DNA of 64,000 nucleotides from an uncultured Bacteroidales bacterium (GCA_937916355.1 CALFTM010000049.1:19-64018); one strand, 5' to 3'. Counted from the first letter of the stretch, positions 7,771 through 17,940 are shown. Numbers and translations: made by a program. The notes: generated by a model from the letters alone, not told the origin.

Positions 7771-10700
7771 TTATTTTTTGAAAGTGATTTTATAGGTATT
7801 GAAATTAGTCGTGTTTGTTTCAAAGTCTCCCGCCCATACGACAATTGTAAGCACTCCCGTCGTCTTATCATAATCAGCGCAATATTGCGCCAACGGACTC
7901 ACCTCTACCGCAACATCAGATGAAGTGTAATCCTCTGCGATAGTATGGTTAAAGACATTTGAATTGAAGTCCTCATCCTCCACATCATTCACCACTACAG
8001 AAGTCACCAGAGCCTCATAAACGAATGTGGTGGAGAACGTCAACACATAAGTGTGATAGTTTGTCGGGTCTTTTTGAAAGTTTCCTCCTTTCACCGTAAT
8101 TATCAATGAATTGGATTGGCTGTCGAAAACCTCACTTGTAACCGCCAAGTCATCTGCAGAATACTTGATTTTCATATTTGAATATGAACCATCAATCAAA
8201 TATTCGTACTTATCCTTTGAGAACTCTCCTATCTGCACTCCATTTACCGTCAAATTAGTCAACTGAGAACCATAGACGGTAGGGTCGTTGAACGAAATAT
8301 TATATTCATGATAATTAGACGAGTTGGTCGCAATATCCCCACCTTCGACACGAAGCGTCAACACAAAATTCTTTTCATCGTAAGTGGCAGTAACGGTTGC
8401 TGCGCTATCTGCAGTATATGTGACAGTCACATCGCTGTAGAATTCAGTTGAAACATATTGGAAACTATTTCTATCAAATCCTTCAATCGTAGTTCCATTT
8501 ATCTTCAAATCCACCAACTTAGACTCTAAAGCCTTACCAAACTGAAATTTGTAGACTTTGTAGTTATCCTCGAACTTTGCAATATCACTTCCCTTCACTG
8601 TAATAGAAAGGATGTTTGTTTCTGCATCATACGATTCTTCCACAGTCGCATCATCACTTTCCGCATAGTACAAAATTTTTGCTGTTTCGTAAACAACTGC
8701 ACCCATAGAGTATTCATATTTGTCAGGAGAGAAACCTGCAACATTCACACCATTCACCTTCACAGAGGAAAGCGAAGATGGAGCATAGAACTGAACTTTA
8801 TAGGTATGTACATTAGAAGGATTCGTAGCAACATCAGCACCTGAAACCACCAATGTCAACAAATTGGTCGCATCGTCAAAAGAAGGTTTTACCCTTGCCT
8901 CTGCATCCGCCGTATATGAGAGGAGATCTTCATACTCTTCATAAGTACCACGGATCAAATATTCGTAATTGGTCTTAGCAAAATTATCAACCAACATTCC
9001 ATTCAAAGTCAAAGATGTGAGGAACGAACCATAAGAAGCATGGAACTGCAATGTGTAAGTATGCTTGTTATCAGGGAACAAATCTAAATCGTTACCCGAA
9101 ACAACAATTGTCAACAAAGAAGTCTCCGCTTCATAAGACATTTCCGCAGTCGCACCATCTGCCACAACATAAGCGACCTTACCTGCTTCGTATGAGTAAG
9201 AAGAGAGGTCGTAGTTATACTTGTCAGAACGGAAAGAAGGAACGGTCACGCCCTCAAACGTCAAATCGGTCAAAACTGATTTTGCACAGAATTGCACCTC
9301 ATAAGTGTGCGAATTGGCACTGTTTGAAGCGAAATCACCTCCCTTCACAACAATCGTCAAGCGGTTGGTTGAAGCATCGAAAGAGAGAGTCGCACTTGCT
9401 TCTGCATCAACCTCATAGGTCACCATTCCATCCGTATAACTCTGTGCCACCTTATACTCATAAACATCAGATGCGAAGTTTGCGATTGTCACACGGTTGA
9501 TTTTCAAATCAGTCAACATAGAACCGTATGCGTCATGGAATGAAATTTTGTAAGTATGGAGATTACTTTCATTTACGTCATAGTCTCCTCCCTTAACCAC
9601 TATCGTGTAAGTTTGGCTTACTGCATCATAACTTGTTTCGACAACGGCCTCCTCACTCTCCGTAAAAGAAACGGTTGTCTCACCCTCTGTGTAGACATCT
9701 GGAACAGAATAAGAGTACTTAGTGGAAGAGAAACCAGAAACCGACACGCCGTTCACCTTCAAATCAGTAAGGAGAGATTCATACGGCGCATGATAGTGGA
9801 TGGTGTATGTGTGATGGTTATTCGCATTTTCAGCAATATCCTTTCCTTTTACCGTAATTGTCAGTGTATAAGTTGATTCATCGAAAGCAGATGTATATTC
9901 AGCCTCCTCATCTGCCACTATCACCAACTGCGACTTATCATAAGTGTTTTTCACTGTGTACTCATAGGTATCTGGTGAGAAATTCGCAATTGCATTCCCC
10001 GCGATGGTAAGGGATTTCAACTGCGAACCATACGGCTCGTGGAATTTGAAAGAATAGACTTTCTCATCATCTGCATTGACCGTCACTTTCAGGGTATTTG
10101 TAGCTTCATCAAAAACCTCCGAAGTGGATGCACATTGAGGTGCAGAATAAGTGATTTTCGACTTCACATTGTTATAAACCCTATCAATAGTGTACTCTAA
10201 TTTATCAGCAGAGAAATCAGCCAAGGCCACACCGTCAACTTCAAAGCTATTCAATTTCGCCTTGCAACCAAATGTCACAGTGTAAGTATGTAAATTAGCT
10301 GGATTCACAGAATAGTCATCACCCTTAACTGTAATCGTCAAAACCTTCGACACTGCATCATAAGACTGCTCTACGGTTGCATAACGACCGTCACTCTCGC
10401 AAGTGACCATTCCTTCTGTGTACGCACCATTTACCCCATAACTGTACACATCCTTTGAAAAACCTGCAATAGAAGCACCATTTACAGAAAGAGACTTCAA
10501 CTTGGAATTGTAGATCATTTCAATGTCGTCCACATGAATTTCATCACCATCACCTCCTTTTCCTGCAAGATAGTTGGTAGAAATTGTGGCAAGAGCATAA
10601 GATGGACGTTCTGAGCCAGAAAGTGCTTTCTTCGGAGTACGCTTGGCGTCACCTTCACTCACGATATCATGAGTTTCTCCATAATAGAAAAAAGGACAAG

Positions 10701-11277
10701 AATAACGTACCCATTCATCCTTGGCAGGCGGATTAAGTCCGGCAACAGCAATAACATTTTCCCAGGTTGTTCCGGGATCTTGAACAGAACTATTGTCATG
10801 CAACATGACATAAAAACGCCCCAATTGAGTTGAAGACTTGGGAAGTGCCTTAATCCATGCTACCACAGAGTCCGGGCGACCGAAGAATTCCATGCATTTA
10901 CCAGAGGCTCCCGCAATAGTTTGATTATTATTCTTCGGATCAGTAGGTGTTGTACTTCCTGCATTAATAACTCCAGATGTAACGATTCCATTAGCAGGAA
11001 CAGATAAGCCCAATATCTTAATTACTCGGCTAACTGCAACTACAGCATAGTTTCCACTGTGTCCCTGACCTTGCTTGCATTGATTAGAATTAATTGCCAT
11101 ATTGGTCAAGGAACTAGATGACACTGCGGTTTCGTACGTATTCCAACTAACAGGGAGGGTAGTAGACTTCCACTCTTCAAAACCAGCATTTTCCAATTGA
11201 AATCCATTCTGAGCAAAAGCGATTTGGATTGCACAGAATAAGCAAACCACTGGGAGCAATATAAGACGTTTAGTCAT
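7771..11277 (-). CDS. Large secreted surface protein: N-terminal PCMD-like domain plus 11 tandem cadherin-like beta-sandwich repeats
   Basis: 1168 aa. Signal peptide MTKRLILLPVVCLFCAIQIAFAQ. NAGFEEW head. Eleven repeats of about 78 aa with pattern L(T/K)xLxVNGxxIxxFSxDxYEY ... HTYxVxF. Confidence 0.9.
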   Translation of the reverse strand: MTKRLILLPVVCLFCAIQIAFAQNGFQLENAGFEEWKSTTLPVSWNTYETAVSSSSLTNMAINSNQCKQGQGHSGNYAVVAVSRVIKILGLSVPANGIVTSGVINAGSTTPTDPKNNNQTIAGASGKCMEFFGRPDSVVAWIKALPKSSTQLGRFYVMLHDNSSVQDPGTTWENVIAVAGLNPPAKDEWVRYSCPFFYYGETHDIVSEGDAKRTPKKALSGSERPSYALATISTNYLAGKGGDGDEIHVDDIEMIYNSKLKSLSVNGASIAGFSKDVYSYGVNGAYTEGMVTCESDGRYATVEQSYDAVSKVLTITVKGDDYSVNPANLHTYTVTFGCKAKLNSFEVDGVALADFSADKLEYTIDRVYNNVKSKITYSAPQCASTSEVFDEATNTLKVTVNADDEKVYSFKFHEPYGSQLKSLTIAGNAIANFSPDTYEYTVKNTYDKSQLVIVADEEAEYTSAFDESTYTLTITVKGKDIAENANNHHTYTIHYHAPYESLLTDLKVNGVSVSGFSSTKYSYSVPDVYTEGETTVSFTESEEAVVETSYDAVSQTYTIVVKGGDYDVNESNLHTYKISFHDAYGSMLTDLKINRVTIANFASDVYEYKVAQSYTDGMVTYEVDAEASATLSFDASTNRLTIVVKGGDFASNSANSHTYEVQFCAKSVLTDLTFEGVTVPSFRSDKYNYDLSSYSYEAGKVAYVVADGATAEMSYEAETSLLTIVVSGNDLDLFPDNKHTYTLQFHASYGSFLTSLTLNGMLVDNFAKTNYEYLIRGTYEEYEDLLSYTADAEARVKPSFDDATNLLTLVVSGADVATNPSNVHTYKVQFYAPSSLSSVKVNGVNVAGFSPDKYEYSMGAVVYETAKILYYAESDDATVEESYDAETNILSITVKGSDIAKFEDNYKVYKFQFGKALESKLVDLKINGTTIEGFDRNSFQYVSTEFYSDVTVTYTADSAATVTATYDEKNFVLTLRVEGGDIATNSSNYHEYNISFNDPTVYGSQLTNLTVNGVQIGEFSKDKYEYLIDGSYSNMKIKYSADDLAVTSEVFDSQSNSLIITVKGGNFQKDPTNYHTYVLTFSTTFVYEALVTSVVVNDVEDEDFNSNVFNHTIAEDYTSSDVAVEVSPLAQYCADYDKTTGVLTIVVWAGDFETNTTNFNTYKITFKK

Positions 11278-11321
11278 ATCGTTTTTTATTATATTAGCAA
11301 TACAAATATTTTTCCAAAATG

Positions 11322-11352
11322 CAAATTTACATCTTTTTTGCTTTTACACAAA
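11322..11352 (-). promoter_or_regulatory. Promoter of the cadherin-like gene (-33 TTTG and -7 TAaaTTTG on the minus strand)
   Basis: Plus-strand CAAATTTA at 11322..11329 and CAAA at 11349..11352, with 19-nt spacing. Confidence 0.6.
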
Positions 11353-11402
11353 AAGCAAATCAGAAAAAGAACAACCAAACAGCACACAACCGACATTACA
11401 GA

Positions 11403-11861
11403 CTAATTGGTCACAACAATATAGTCTCCGCGGTCAACAATTTTCGTATAAACTTTCAACACCGATTTTGAAGGTCCCTCCACAGGATTCCCCAAACCAT
11501 AGGAAAGGTCATATTTTGATTTACATTGCGGACAAGTCGCATAGGGCATCTCAACCTCCACACAAACCGTCCGCAAATTCTCATACGGACAGGCTAAGTC
11601 AAACGCACCCAAGCGATTATCAAAGTCCCGAAAGACGCAAACACCTCCAAAACCCAACTGAAAATTGGTGGCATAGACTCCATCTGCCTTGTAGATGACC
11701 GCCCTATTGACAAACTTCAGTTCTTGGTACTCGCTATAAGAGGTTTTCACATAAACAGGATATTCGGCAATAGTCGATTCGTCGTCTCGACAAGAGGCCA
11801 ACAGACTGCCGACAACACTAAACAAAAAAAATAATTTAAGACACAAATATCTCATAGCCAT
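11403..11861 (-). CDS. Hypothetical lipoprotein
   Basis: 152 aa with lipobox-like LLASC after a signal segment. Cys pairs CPY...CPQC. Family not recognised. Confidence 0.7.
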   Translation of the reverse strand: MAMRYLCLKLFFLFSVVGSLLASCRDDESTIAEYPVYVKTSYSEYQELKFVNRAVIYKADGVYATNFQLGFGGVCVFRDFDNRLGAFDLACPYENLRTVCVEVEMPYATCPQCKSKYDLSYGLGNPVEGPSKSVLKVYTKIVDRGDYIVVTN

Positions 11862-12054
11862 TAAAACAAATCACTTCACCTGCGGTAATTTTAGCCCTCT
11901 TGCGCAATTCCACTTCACCATTTCGTCGAACGAGTCCCTCTACGACGACCTGTTGCGCCTCCGCACCATTATAGACTAAATTGACTGCCTTTAGCAGCTG
12001 AATCAGTTGGATGTACTCTTCCCCCTCATTCAATTTAAATTCGATTTTCTTCAT
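11836..12054 (-). CDS. S4-domain RNA-binding protein (YbcJ-like)
   Basis: 72 aa from MKKIEFKL. The pattern YIQLIQLLKAVNLVYNGAEAQQVVVEGLVRRNGEVELRKRAKI is typical of small S4 proteins. I trimmed the track start by 9 codons. Confidence 0.8.
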   Translation of the reverse strand: MKKIEFKLNEGEEYIQLIQLLKAVNLVYNGAEAQQVVVEGLVRRNGEVELRKRAKITAGEVICFNGYEIFVS

Positions 12055-12129
12055 CTTCCATAAAAATAAAAAGAGGGGCAATATAAAATACCGCCCCCCA
12101 ATGTGTATAAGGATAGAATAGTATCTAAA

Positions 12130-12570
12130 TTACTCAGAAACCACTTCGAAGCTGATTTCAGCAGAAACCTCCTTGTGAAGTTTCACTGTAGCAGTGTAGT
12201 TTCCTACCTCCTTAACGCTACCAACCACGATAGTCTTTCTGTCGATCTCGAATCCCTTCTTAGCCAACTCCTCAGCAATTTGGATGTTGGTAACAGAACC
12301 AAAGATAGTACCAGTAGCACTTGTCTTCGCAGGGATAGTCAAAGATACGCCATTCAACTTAGCAGCCAACTCTTCAGCGTCAGCCTTGATCTTAGCCAAC
12401 TTGTGAGCACGTTGCTTCAAGTTCTCTGCCAATTGCTTCTTTGCAGAAGGAGTAGCCAAGATGGCATATTTTTGAGGAATCAAATAGTTACGACCGTAAC
12501 CGTCCTTTACTTTAACGATGTCATCCTTGTATCCAAGGTTTTGAACGTCTTGCAATAATATAATCTCCAT
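12130..12570 (-). CDS. rplI: 50S ribosomal protein L9
   Basis: [32 protein letters not shown] is a canonical L9 N-terminus. Confidence 0.97.
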   Translation of the reverse strand: MEIILLQDVQNLGYKDDIVKVKDGYGRNYLIPQKYAILATPSAKKQLAENLKQRAHKLAKIKADAEELAAKLNGVSLTIPAKTSATGTIFGSVTNIQIAEELAKKGFEIDRKTIVVGSVKEVGNYTATVKLHKEVSAEISFEVVSE

Positions 12571-12588
12571 ATTGTCAATCCTCCTTTT

Positions 12589-12861
12589 TTATTTCATCAA
12601 ATCGGTTACGAATGGAAGCAATGCCAAGTGGCGAGCTCTCTTCACTGCTTGAGCAACCTTTCTTTGGTATTTCAAAGAAGTACCTGTAAGGCGACGAGGT
12701 AAAATCTTACCTTGCTCGTTCAAGAATTTCTTCAAGAACTCAGGATCTTTGTAATCGATATACTTGATTCCGCTCTTCTTAAAACGGCAATATTTCTTCT
12801 TCTTAACTTCTACTGATGGAGGAGTTAAATATCTGATCTCTGATGAATTCTGTGCTGCCAT
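12589..12861 (-). CDS. rpsR: 30S ribosomal protein S18
   Basis: 90 aa, containing [27 protein letters not shown]. Confidence 0.97.
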   Translation of the reverse strand: MAAQNSSEIRYLTPPSVEVKKKKYCRFKKSGIKYIDYKDPEFLKKFLNEQGKILPRRLTGTSLKYQRKVAQAVKRARHLALLPFVTDLMK

Positions 12862-12863
12862 GA

Positions 12864-13214
12864 TTAAGCCTCCTTCTCTTTAGATGATTTCAAACTCTTT
12901 CTCTTTGCTGAATACTCGATAGCGAACTTATCCAACTTGGTAGTCAAGTAACGGATAACCTTCTCGTCGCGACGATACTGAGTCTCCAATTGTGCAATAA
13001 CCTTAGGTTCTGCTTGGAACTCTAATAAAGCGTAGAAGCCAGTTGTCTTACCCTCGATCGGATACGCCAACTTGCGTAGACCCCATTGCTCCTCATTAAC
13101 GATGTTCGCACCGTTGCTTGTGAGGAAGCCTTTAAACTTCTCAACCGCTTCCTTCATCTGGTTTTCAGACAAAACGGGAGTCAAAATGAAAACGGTTTCA
13201 TACTGATTTAACAT
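12864..13214 (-). CDS. rpsF: 30S ribosomal protein S6
   Basis: [13 protein letters not shown] start. First gene of the S6-S18-L9 operon. Confidence 0.96.
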   Translation of the reverse strand: MLNQYETVFILTPVLSENQMKEAVEKFKGFLTSNGANIVNEEQWGLRKLAYPIEGKTTGFYALLEFQAEPKVIAQLETQYRRDEKVIRYLTTKLDKFAIEYSAKRKSLKSSKEKEA

Positions 13215-13262
13215 ACAATAATTTTTTTAATTAGTGAAAAATTCGTTTTTACTAACGAGGTG

Positions 13263-13294
13263 CAAAGATAAAGCATTATTTTATAATAAACAAA
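13263..13294 (-). promoter_or_regulatory. rpsF operon promoter (TTTG-N20-TAtcTTTG on the minus strand)
   Basis: Plus-strand CAAAGATA at 13263..13270 and CAAA at 13291..13294. Confidence 0.65.
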
Positions 13295-13598
13295 AAAAAT
13301 TCATATTTTGTTCCGCAAGACCTTCCCTTACAATCCTCAATCTCACATAAACAAACTCTCCACGAATTATTTTTGCGAAAATACGATAGGACATCAGGGC
13401 TGAGGAAAATAAGCAAGATAGCATAACGAATTCAAAAAACATCAGAAAAAAGTTCCATGAAAAAAAAACAAAAAAACGTAATTTATGGAAGTTTTCTTAA
13501 ACCATATTGTACAACATACTTTAATCCCAAAAAAAATTGACGAAACAAACTTTAAAATCGTGAGCAAAACTTTCTTTTATTTTTTTTCTTCCAATATT

Positions 13599-13630
13599 TT
13601 GTTTTTCCATCTAATAATCATTAAATTTGC
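13599..13630 (+). promoter_or_regulatory. Promoter of the first Crp/Fnr gene (TTTG-N20-TAaaTTTG)
   Basis: TTTG at 13599..13602 and TAAATTTG at 13623..13630, 38 nt upstream of the ATG. Confidence 0.65.
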
Positions 13631-13667
13631 AAATATTATCACTACAAATAACATAGAATAGAGAAAT

Positions 13668-14258
13668 ATGGAAAGAGGATTTTATGAACGAATTGTCAAT
13701 TGTTTTGGTGCAGACTTTCCTAACATGAACATTTCGGAAAGTGCGATTAAGTTGTTGAACTCCAAAACAAGAGTCATCCAATTGAACAAAGGAGAATACT
13801 TGCAATTGGAAGGAGATGTGAGCCGCTTCCTTGGAGTGGTGGATACTGGTCTTGTGAGAATTTTTTACCGCAAAGCGGGAGAAGAAACCACTGAATTCTT
13901 AGCAAGCGAGAATGAGATTTTCTACGATTGCGAAAGTTTTTTCAAGCAGAGACCTTCAAAGAGGTACATCCAGATGTTGGAGCAATCTACGCTATACCTC
14001 TGCACCAAAGCTGACCTTGAGGAGATGTGCCAAGAGAATAAAGAGATCAGATTATTCTACAGAGCCCTCACAGAACAGCTCATGCTGAAATTGAAACGCA
14101 AAACTTTGGATTGCATCTTCGAGCCTGCCAAAGTGCGTTATGACAACCTCGTCAAGGCAAACCCTGAGTATGTCTTACGCGTGCCTTCTATCTTCATCGC
14201 ATCTTATTTAGGTGTAACTCCGGAGACGCTTAGTCGTATTCGCTCAAAAGTGAAGTAA
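13668..14258 (+). CDS. Crp/Fnr family transcriptional regulator
   Basis: 196 aa. cNMP-binding-like N-terminal part and C-terminal HTH (IASYLGVTPETLSRIR). Confidence 0.85.
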   Translation: MERGFYERIVNCFGADFPNMNISESAIKLLNSKTRVIQLNKGEYLQLEGDVSRFLGVVDTGLVRIFYRKAGEETTEFLASENEIFYDCESFFKQRPSKRYIQMLEQSTLYLCTKADLEEMCQENKEIRLFYRALTEQLMLKLKRKTLDCIFEPAKVRYDNLVKANPEYVLRVPSIFIASYLGVTPETLSRIRSKVK

Positions 14259-14323
14259 TCCCCACGACGTTAGTTTAACTTATTTGCCGCCATCGGGCAT
14301 TAACATTTTGAAGTAAAAAAATC

Positions 14324-14935
14324 ATGAAAAAAGTTGTTTTAAATAAGAATTTGATTGCAGCGGAAATTGAACGTGCGCTGGGCAAAATAGAACTCTCATT
14401 GGACGCAAAAAGAAAACTCAATTCAATCTGCACCCAAGAGAAGGTAAAAAAGCACGACTTCATTTTGTCGGAAGGAGAGGTGTGTGACTTCTTCGGTGTC
14501 GTACAAAAGGGTGTAGTGCAAGTATTCCACTACCGAAACGACAAACTAATATCCGACTTCTTCGGAATGGAGGGTTCTGGATTCTTCGACGTGGAGAGCT
14601 TCTTCAACGGGACTCCTTCAAAATCATACATCAAAGCCCTTGAACCGACAGTCTTCATCAAAATCAACCGCCAAGAGTTCTTGCGCCTTTGCGATGAGAA
14701 TGAAGAGCTAAACATGGTTTATCAGAAGATGCTGGAATATGGTATCATCTTGTGCCACAACCGTCTCGACTCAGTGTTGAATGACACCGCAGAAGAGAAG
14801 TACGAAAACTTGGAAAAGAGAATGCCCGGGCTTACCGCTCGCATCAGCGCAATCAACGTTGCGTCTTACATCGGTGTGACACAAGAGACTCTTTGTAGAA
14901 TCAAATCGAAAGAAGAAGAATTTCTTCTTTTCTAA
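14324..14935 (+). CDS. Crp/Fnr family transcriptional regulator (tandem paralogue)
   Basis: 203 aa with the same architecture. HTH is VASYIGVTQETLCRIK. Confidence 0.85.
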   Translation: MKKVVLNKNLIAAEIERALGKIELSLDAKRKLNSICTQEKVKKHDFILSEGEVCDFFGVVQKGVVQVFHYRNDKLISDFFGMEGSGFFDVESFFNGTPSKSYIKALEPTVFIKINRQEFLRLCDENEELNMVYQKMLEYGIILCHNRLDSVLNDTAEEKYENLEKRMPGLTARISAINVASYIGVTQETLCRIKSKEEEFLLF

Positions 14936-14975
14936 AATCAAAATACACTATAATTTTTAACTAAAATTTAATACT

Positions 14976-15425
14976 ATGGCATCATTATCAGATTTCATTC
15001 TTAATCAAGTTAAATCAGCAGCTTCTGGAAATGACTTAGACAACAATGTGTTAGGTGGTTTGTCTGATTCTATCCTCAACAGTTTGAAACAAAAAGCGAC
15101 TTCCGCTAATGGAATTTCTGAAATCACAGAACTTCTTTCTGGTAAGTCATCGGCCTCTTCCAGTCCGGTTACTCAATTGGCATCTAAGATCTTTACTTCC
15201 GATGTAGCAACGAAGTTGGGACTTTCTCCTACTATCGCAAATGCGGCTTCTTCATTGCTTCCAGTCATCATCGAGAAAGTTGTTGGTGCGGTTTCTTCTA
15301 AAGGTGGAGACTTCGATTTGGCATCAGTCATATCTGCATTGGGAGGAAACTCTGCTTCTTCTTCAAAGCTCGGAAACTTGGGTAAAATCATCGGAGGCTT
15401 AGGCAAATTGTTTGGTAGAAAATAA
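14976..15425 (+). CDS. Hypothetical Ser/Gly/Ala-rich protein (possibly DUF937/YidB-like)
   Basis: 149-aa low-complexity ORF with no signal peptide, followed by a terminator. The family call is tentative. Confidence 0.55.
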   Translation: MASLSDFILNQVKSAASGNDLDNNVLGGLSDSILNSLKQKATSANGISEITELLSGKSSASSSPVTQLASKIFTSDVATKLGLSPTIANAASSLLPVIIEKVVGAVSSKGGDFDLASVISALGGNSASSSKLGNLGKIIGGLGKLFGRK

Positions 15426-15442
15426 CTAATTTCTAATCATCT

Positions 15443-15477
15443 GAAAGGGAAAGCTTATGGCTTCCCCTTTCTTTTCT
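15443..15477 (+). terminator. Terminator-like hairpin after 14976..15425
   Basis: GAAAGGGAAAGC ... GGCTTCCCCTTTC (bulged stem) followed by TTTTCT. Confidence 0.55.
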
Positions 15478-15487
15478 CCCACCGCCC

Positions 15488-16201
15488 ATGAATATCAAAT
15501 TGGATGTACATACACACACCATCGCAAGTGGTCACGCTTACAGCACACTACAAGAGATGGTCGCATCTGCAAAAGCTAAAGATTTGAAAATCTTGGGCTT
15601 GACGGATCATGGACCTACAATCAGAGGGGCATGCCACCCTGTCTACTTTAAAAACTTCCATGTGATTCCACGGGAAATCGACGGGGTGAAAATTTTGATG
15701 GGAGCCGAAATCAATATCTTGAACACCAATGGCGACCTTGACCTGAAAGATTCCACAATCGACGTTTTAGATGTCCGGATCGCAGGCATCCACCAGTCTT
15801 GCTTCTCTCCGGGTAGCAAAAAGGAGAATACCAAAGGACTTATAAAGGTGATGGAAAATGAAAAAATAGACATCATCAGTCACCCGGCAGACGGAAGTGC
15901 AGAAATAGACTTGGAAGAGATTGTCATAGCCGCCCAAAGCAACCGAATCTTATTAGAAATCAACAACAGTTCCTTAAATCCTAACCGCGGAAAAATATTG
16001 GCTTGGGAGAACAACAAGGAACTCATAAAACTCTGTAAAAAACACCAACTGAAAGTGATATTGGGTAGCGATGCTCATATCGCTTACGACATCGCCAACT
16101 ACAAACATATCTTCAAACTATTTGAGGAGGAAAACCTTCCAGAAGAACTGATCATCAACGACAAACCAGAACTCTTCTGGGAATACATGAAACATGACTA
16201 A
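15488..16201 (+). CDS. PHP-domain phosphatase, YcdX-like
   Basis: LDVHTHTIASGHAYSTLQEM closely resembles the E. coli YcdX N-terminus. Confidence 0.85.
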   Translation: MNIKLDVHTHTIASGHAYSTLQEMVASAKAKDLKILGLTDHGPTIRGACHPVYFKNFHVIPREIDGVKILMGAEINILNTNGDLDLKDSTIDVLDVRIAGIHQSCFSPGSKKENTKGLIKVMENEKIDIISHPADGSAEIDLEEIVIAAQSNRILLEINNSSLNPNRGKILAWENNKELIKLCKKHQLKVILGSDAHIAYDIANYKHIFKLFEEENLPEELIINDKPELFWEYMKHD

Positions 16202-16288
16202 TCGGAAGCGCCCTCTTCCACAAACTCTTATGGTGAGTTCTAAAATTCACTATTGGTAATGTCTTGAAATCAATTTATAGAGTCCTCC

Positions 16289-17380
16289 CTATCTCATATA
16301 ATACTTCATCCAGATGTCGGGTATCTGGTTGCCACAAAAATCGAGATAGTCTTTTTGTGTGCATGAGTATATTACTCTCCCCTCTCTTGTAGGTATTTCA
16401 ATCCACCATCTTCCATTTGCACGGTTATTATAAAAAATCACCTTCTCATCTCCTTCGACTTTTGGCAACACTGCATATTGCTGGTAGTCTTCTATGCTTC
16501 TTAATGGATAATCTCCATAACGATTCTCAATACCCTCTATGATATGCCAAACCAACTGGGCAGCCAACGCTGCAGCAAGTTCCGACTGTCCGGGAAGTTC
16601 GTCCAAACCAGAAAGTTCATAGCACAAGGCACTATCACTCAAACCTGCATAGTGACCAATTTGACATAGTTCAACACCTGTCAAGCCATTGGGAAGAACA
16701 GTATTCAGAGGAGCCTCCGAATATTTAACAGCGGTCATGTTAATTTGTATCAAATGGGAGTCGCGCAAATAGGGTTCAACCATCCAAACTTTCCCTACCA
16801 AATCTCTCAATCTTTTGAGATCAAAATCTTTTGATGAGACCATCTGTTCTTCCTCTTCCGTTGAATAGTAGTTTTGATAACCCAAAAGATTCACAGCGGA
16901 AATCCCTCCTGCATTGAGCAACTCACCCCTGACGCTCATCTCTCCATTGGCTTTTTTTAGCCCTAACCGTGAATCAATAATAGAGACCGCCTGCCGAGAA
17001 GCAAATTCCGAAAGTGCATCTGAGGCATCCATAAGATGGTCTGAACCAGACAAAAGAATGGGTACAACCCCATTGCCCACCAATTGGGCAATCACATCCG
17101 ACAATATTTGAGGACGCGATAATGCCCCTGACTTCAAATTACCTAAATCACACAACTTTATTTTATGGAAACGATTAGACAACTGATAAAGATTGCGCCG
17201 AACCTCATTGATCTTTTTTATAGAAGCTTCTTCATTTTCTGCAGAAGGAACGCCTATAATCGCCACATCATACTCCTCATTCACCAGACCTTTACCAACA
17301 CAATTTTCGGTTGGCACAAAAACCGACAAAGCTTCACTTTCGTAAGAATCAAAATAACTATGCAAATCAAAAATCTCCAT
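16289..17380 (-). CDS. Arginase/formimidoylglutamase-fold family protein (metal-ligand motifs look degenerate)
   Basis: 364 aa from MEIFDL. The segments IIGVPS, SGSDHL, IIDSRLG and IQINMTAV line up by eye with the arginase GGDHS / DAHxD / DxDxxDP blocks. Confidence 0.55.
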   Translation of the reverse strand: MEIFDLHSYFDSYESEALSVFVPTENCVGKGLVNEEYDVAIIGVPSAENEEASIKKINEVRRNLYQLSNRFHKIKLCDLGNLKSGALSRPQILSDVIAQLVGNGVVPILLSGSDHLMDASDALSEFASRQAVSIIDSRLGLKKANGEMSVRGELLNAGGISAVNLLGYQNYYSTEEEEQMVSSKDFDLKRLRDLVGKVWMVEPYLRDSHLIQINMTAVKYSEAPLNTVLPNGLTGVELCQIGHYAGLSDSALCYELSGLDELPGQSELAAALAAQLVWHIIEGIENRYGDYPLRSIEDYQQYAVLPKVEGDEKVIFYNNRANGRWWIEIPTREGRVIYSCTQKDYLDFCGNQIPDIWMKYYMR

Positions 17381-17669
17381 CTTCTTTCTTTTTTTAAAAA
17401 GTTCTGTCACCCAACAGCAACTTTCATGTTGCGGTTTACAAAGGTAGGACAAAGCAAGGAGATTTGCACACCGACGCTCTTTTTTCTTCTTTATTTTTTT
17501 GCCAAAACGTATTCATGAGTCGGGAGAGAACATTTACTTGAAACTTTTTCAAACCCAGTTCTTACAAACATCAGATGTTATCATAAGCAAAGATTCTTGC
17601 GTATGTAGATTATTTTCTCCAATTTTGCATGGATATAATCACAAATAGTTACCCTAAAAAAAAGAAAAA

Positions 17670-17855
17670 ATGAACCATTTACCCCTAAATGACGCAGCGA
17701 TGTTGATGAGTATGATCAACCAAATGTTGCGAGACAACCTTTTTGAAAACCTCGATGCGATATGCGAGCATTATGAAGTAGAACGAGATTATGTCGAAAA
17801 GAGACTCGCAGAGGGAGGCTTTGAATATTCAGAGGAACTAAACAAGGTCTGGTAA
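17670..17855 (+). CDS. DUF4250-like small protein
   Basis: 61 aa. LMSMINQMLRD...LDAICEHYEVERDYVEKRLAEGGFEYSEE fits my recollection of that family. Confidence 0.75.
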   Translation: MNHLPLNDAAMLMSMINQMLRDNLFENLDAICEHYEVERDYVEKRLAEGGFEYSEELNKVW

Positions 17856-17940
17856 TCATAAAGGCAAGTTCTTTAATTCTCATAAAATCAACCACCATAA
17901 ACCACGATTTTTATCGCAAATCGCCTCAAAAAAAAGCATA

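Noticed and set aside
9051-9876. Plus-strand ORFs 9051..9500 and 9556..9876 inside the cadherin-like gene
   Set aside because: They are antisense shadow ORFs within a long, well-supported minus-strand CDS, and their peptides are basic and low-complexity.
12103-12558. 151-aa plus-strand ORF opposite rplI
   Set aside because: It lies entirely antisense to the highly conserved L9 gene, and its composition (Leu/Ser-rich) is typical of a shadow frame.
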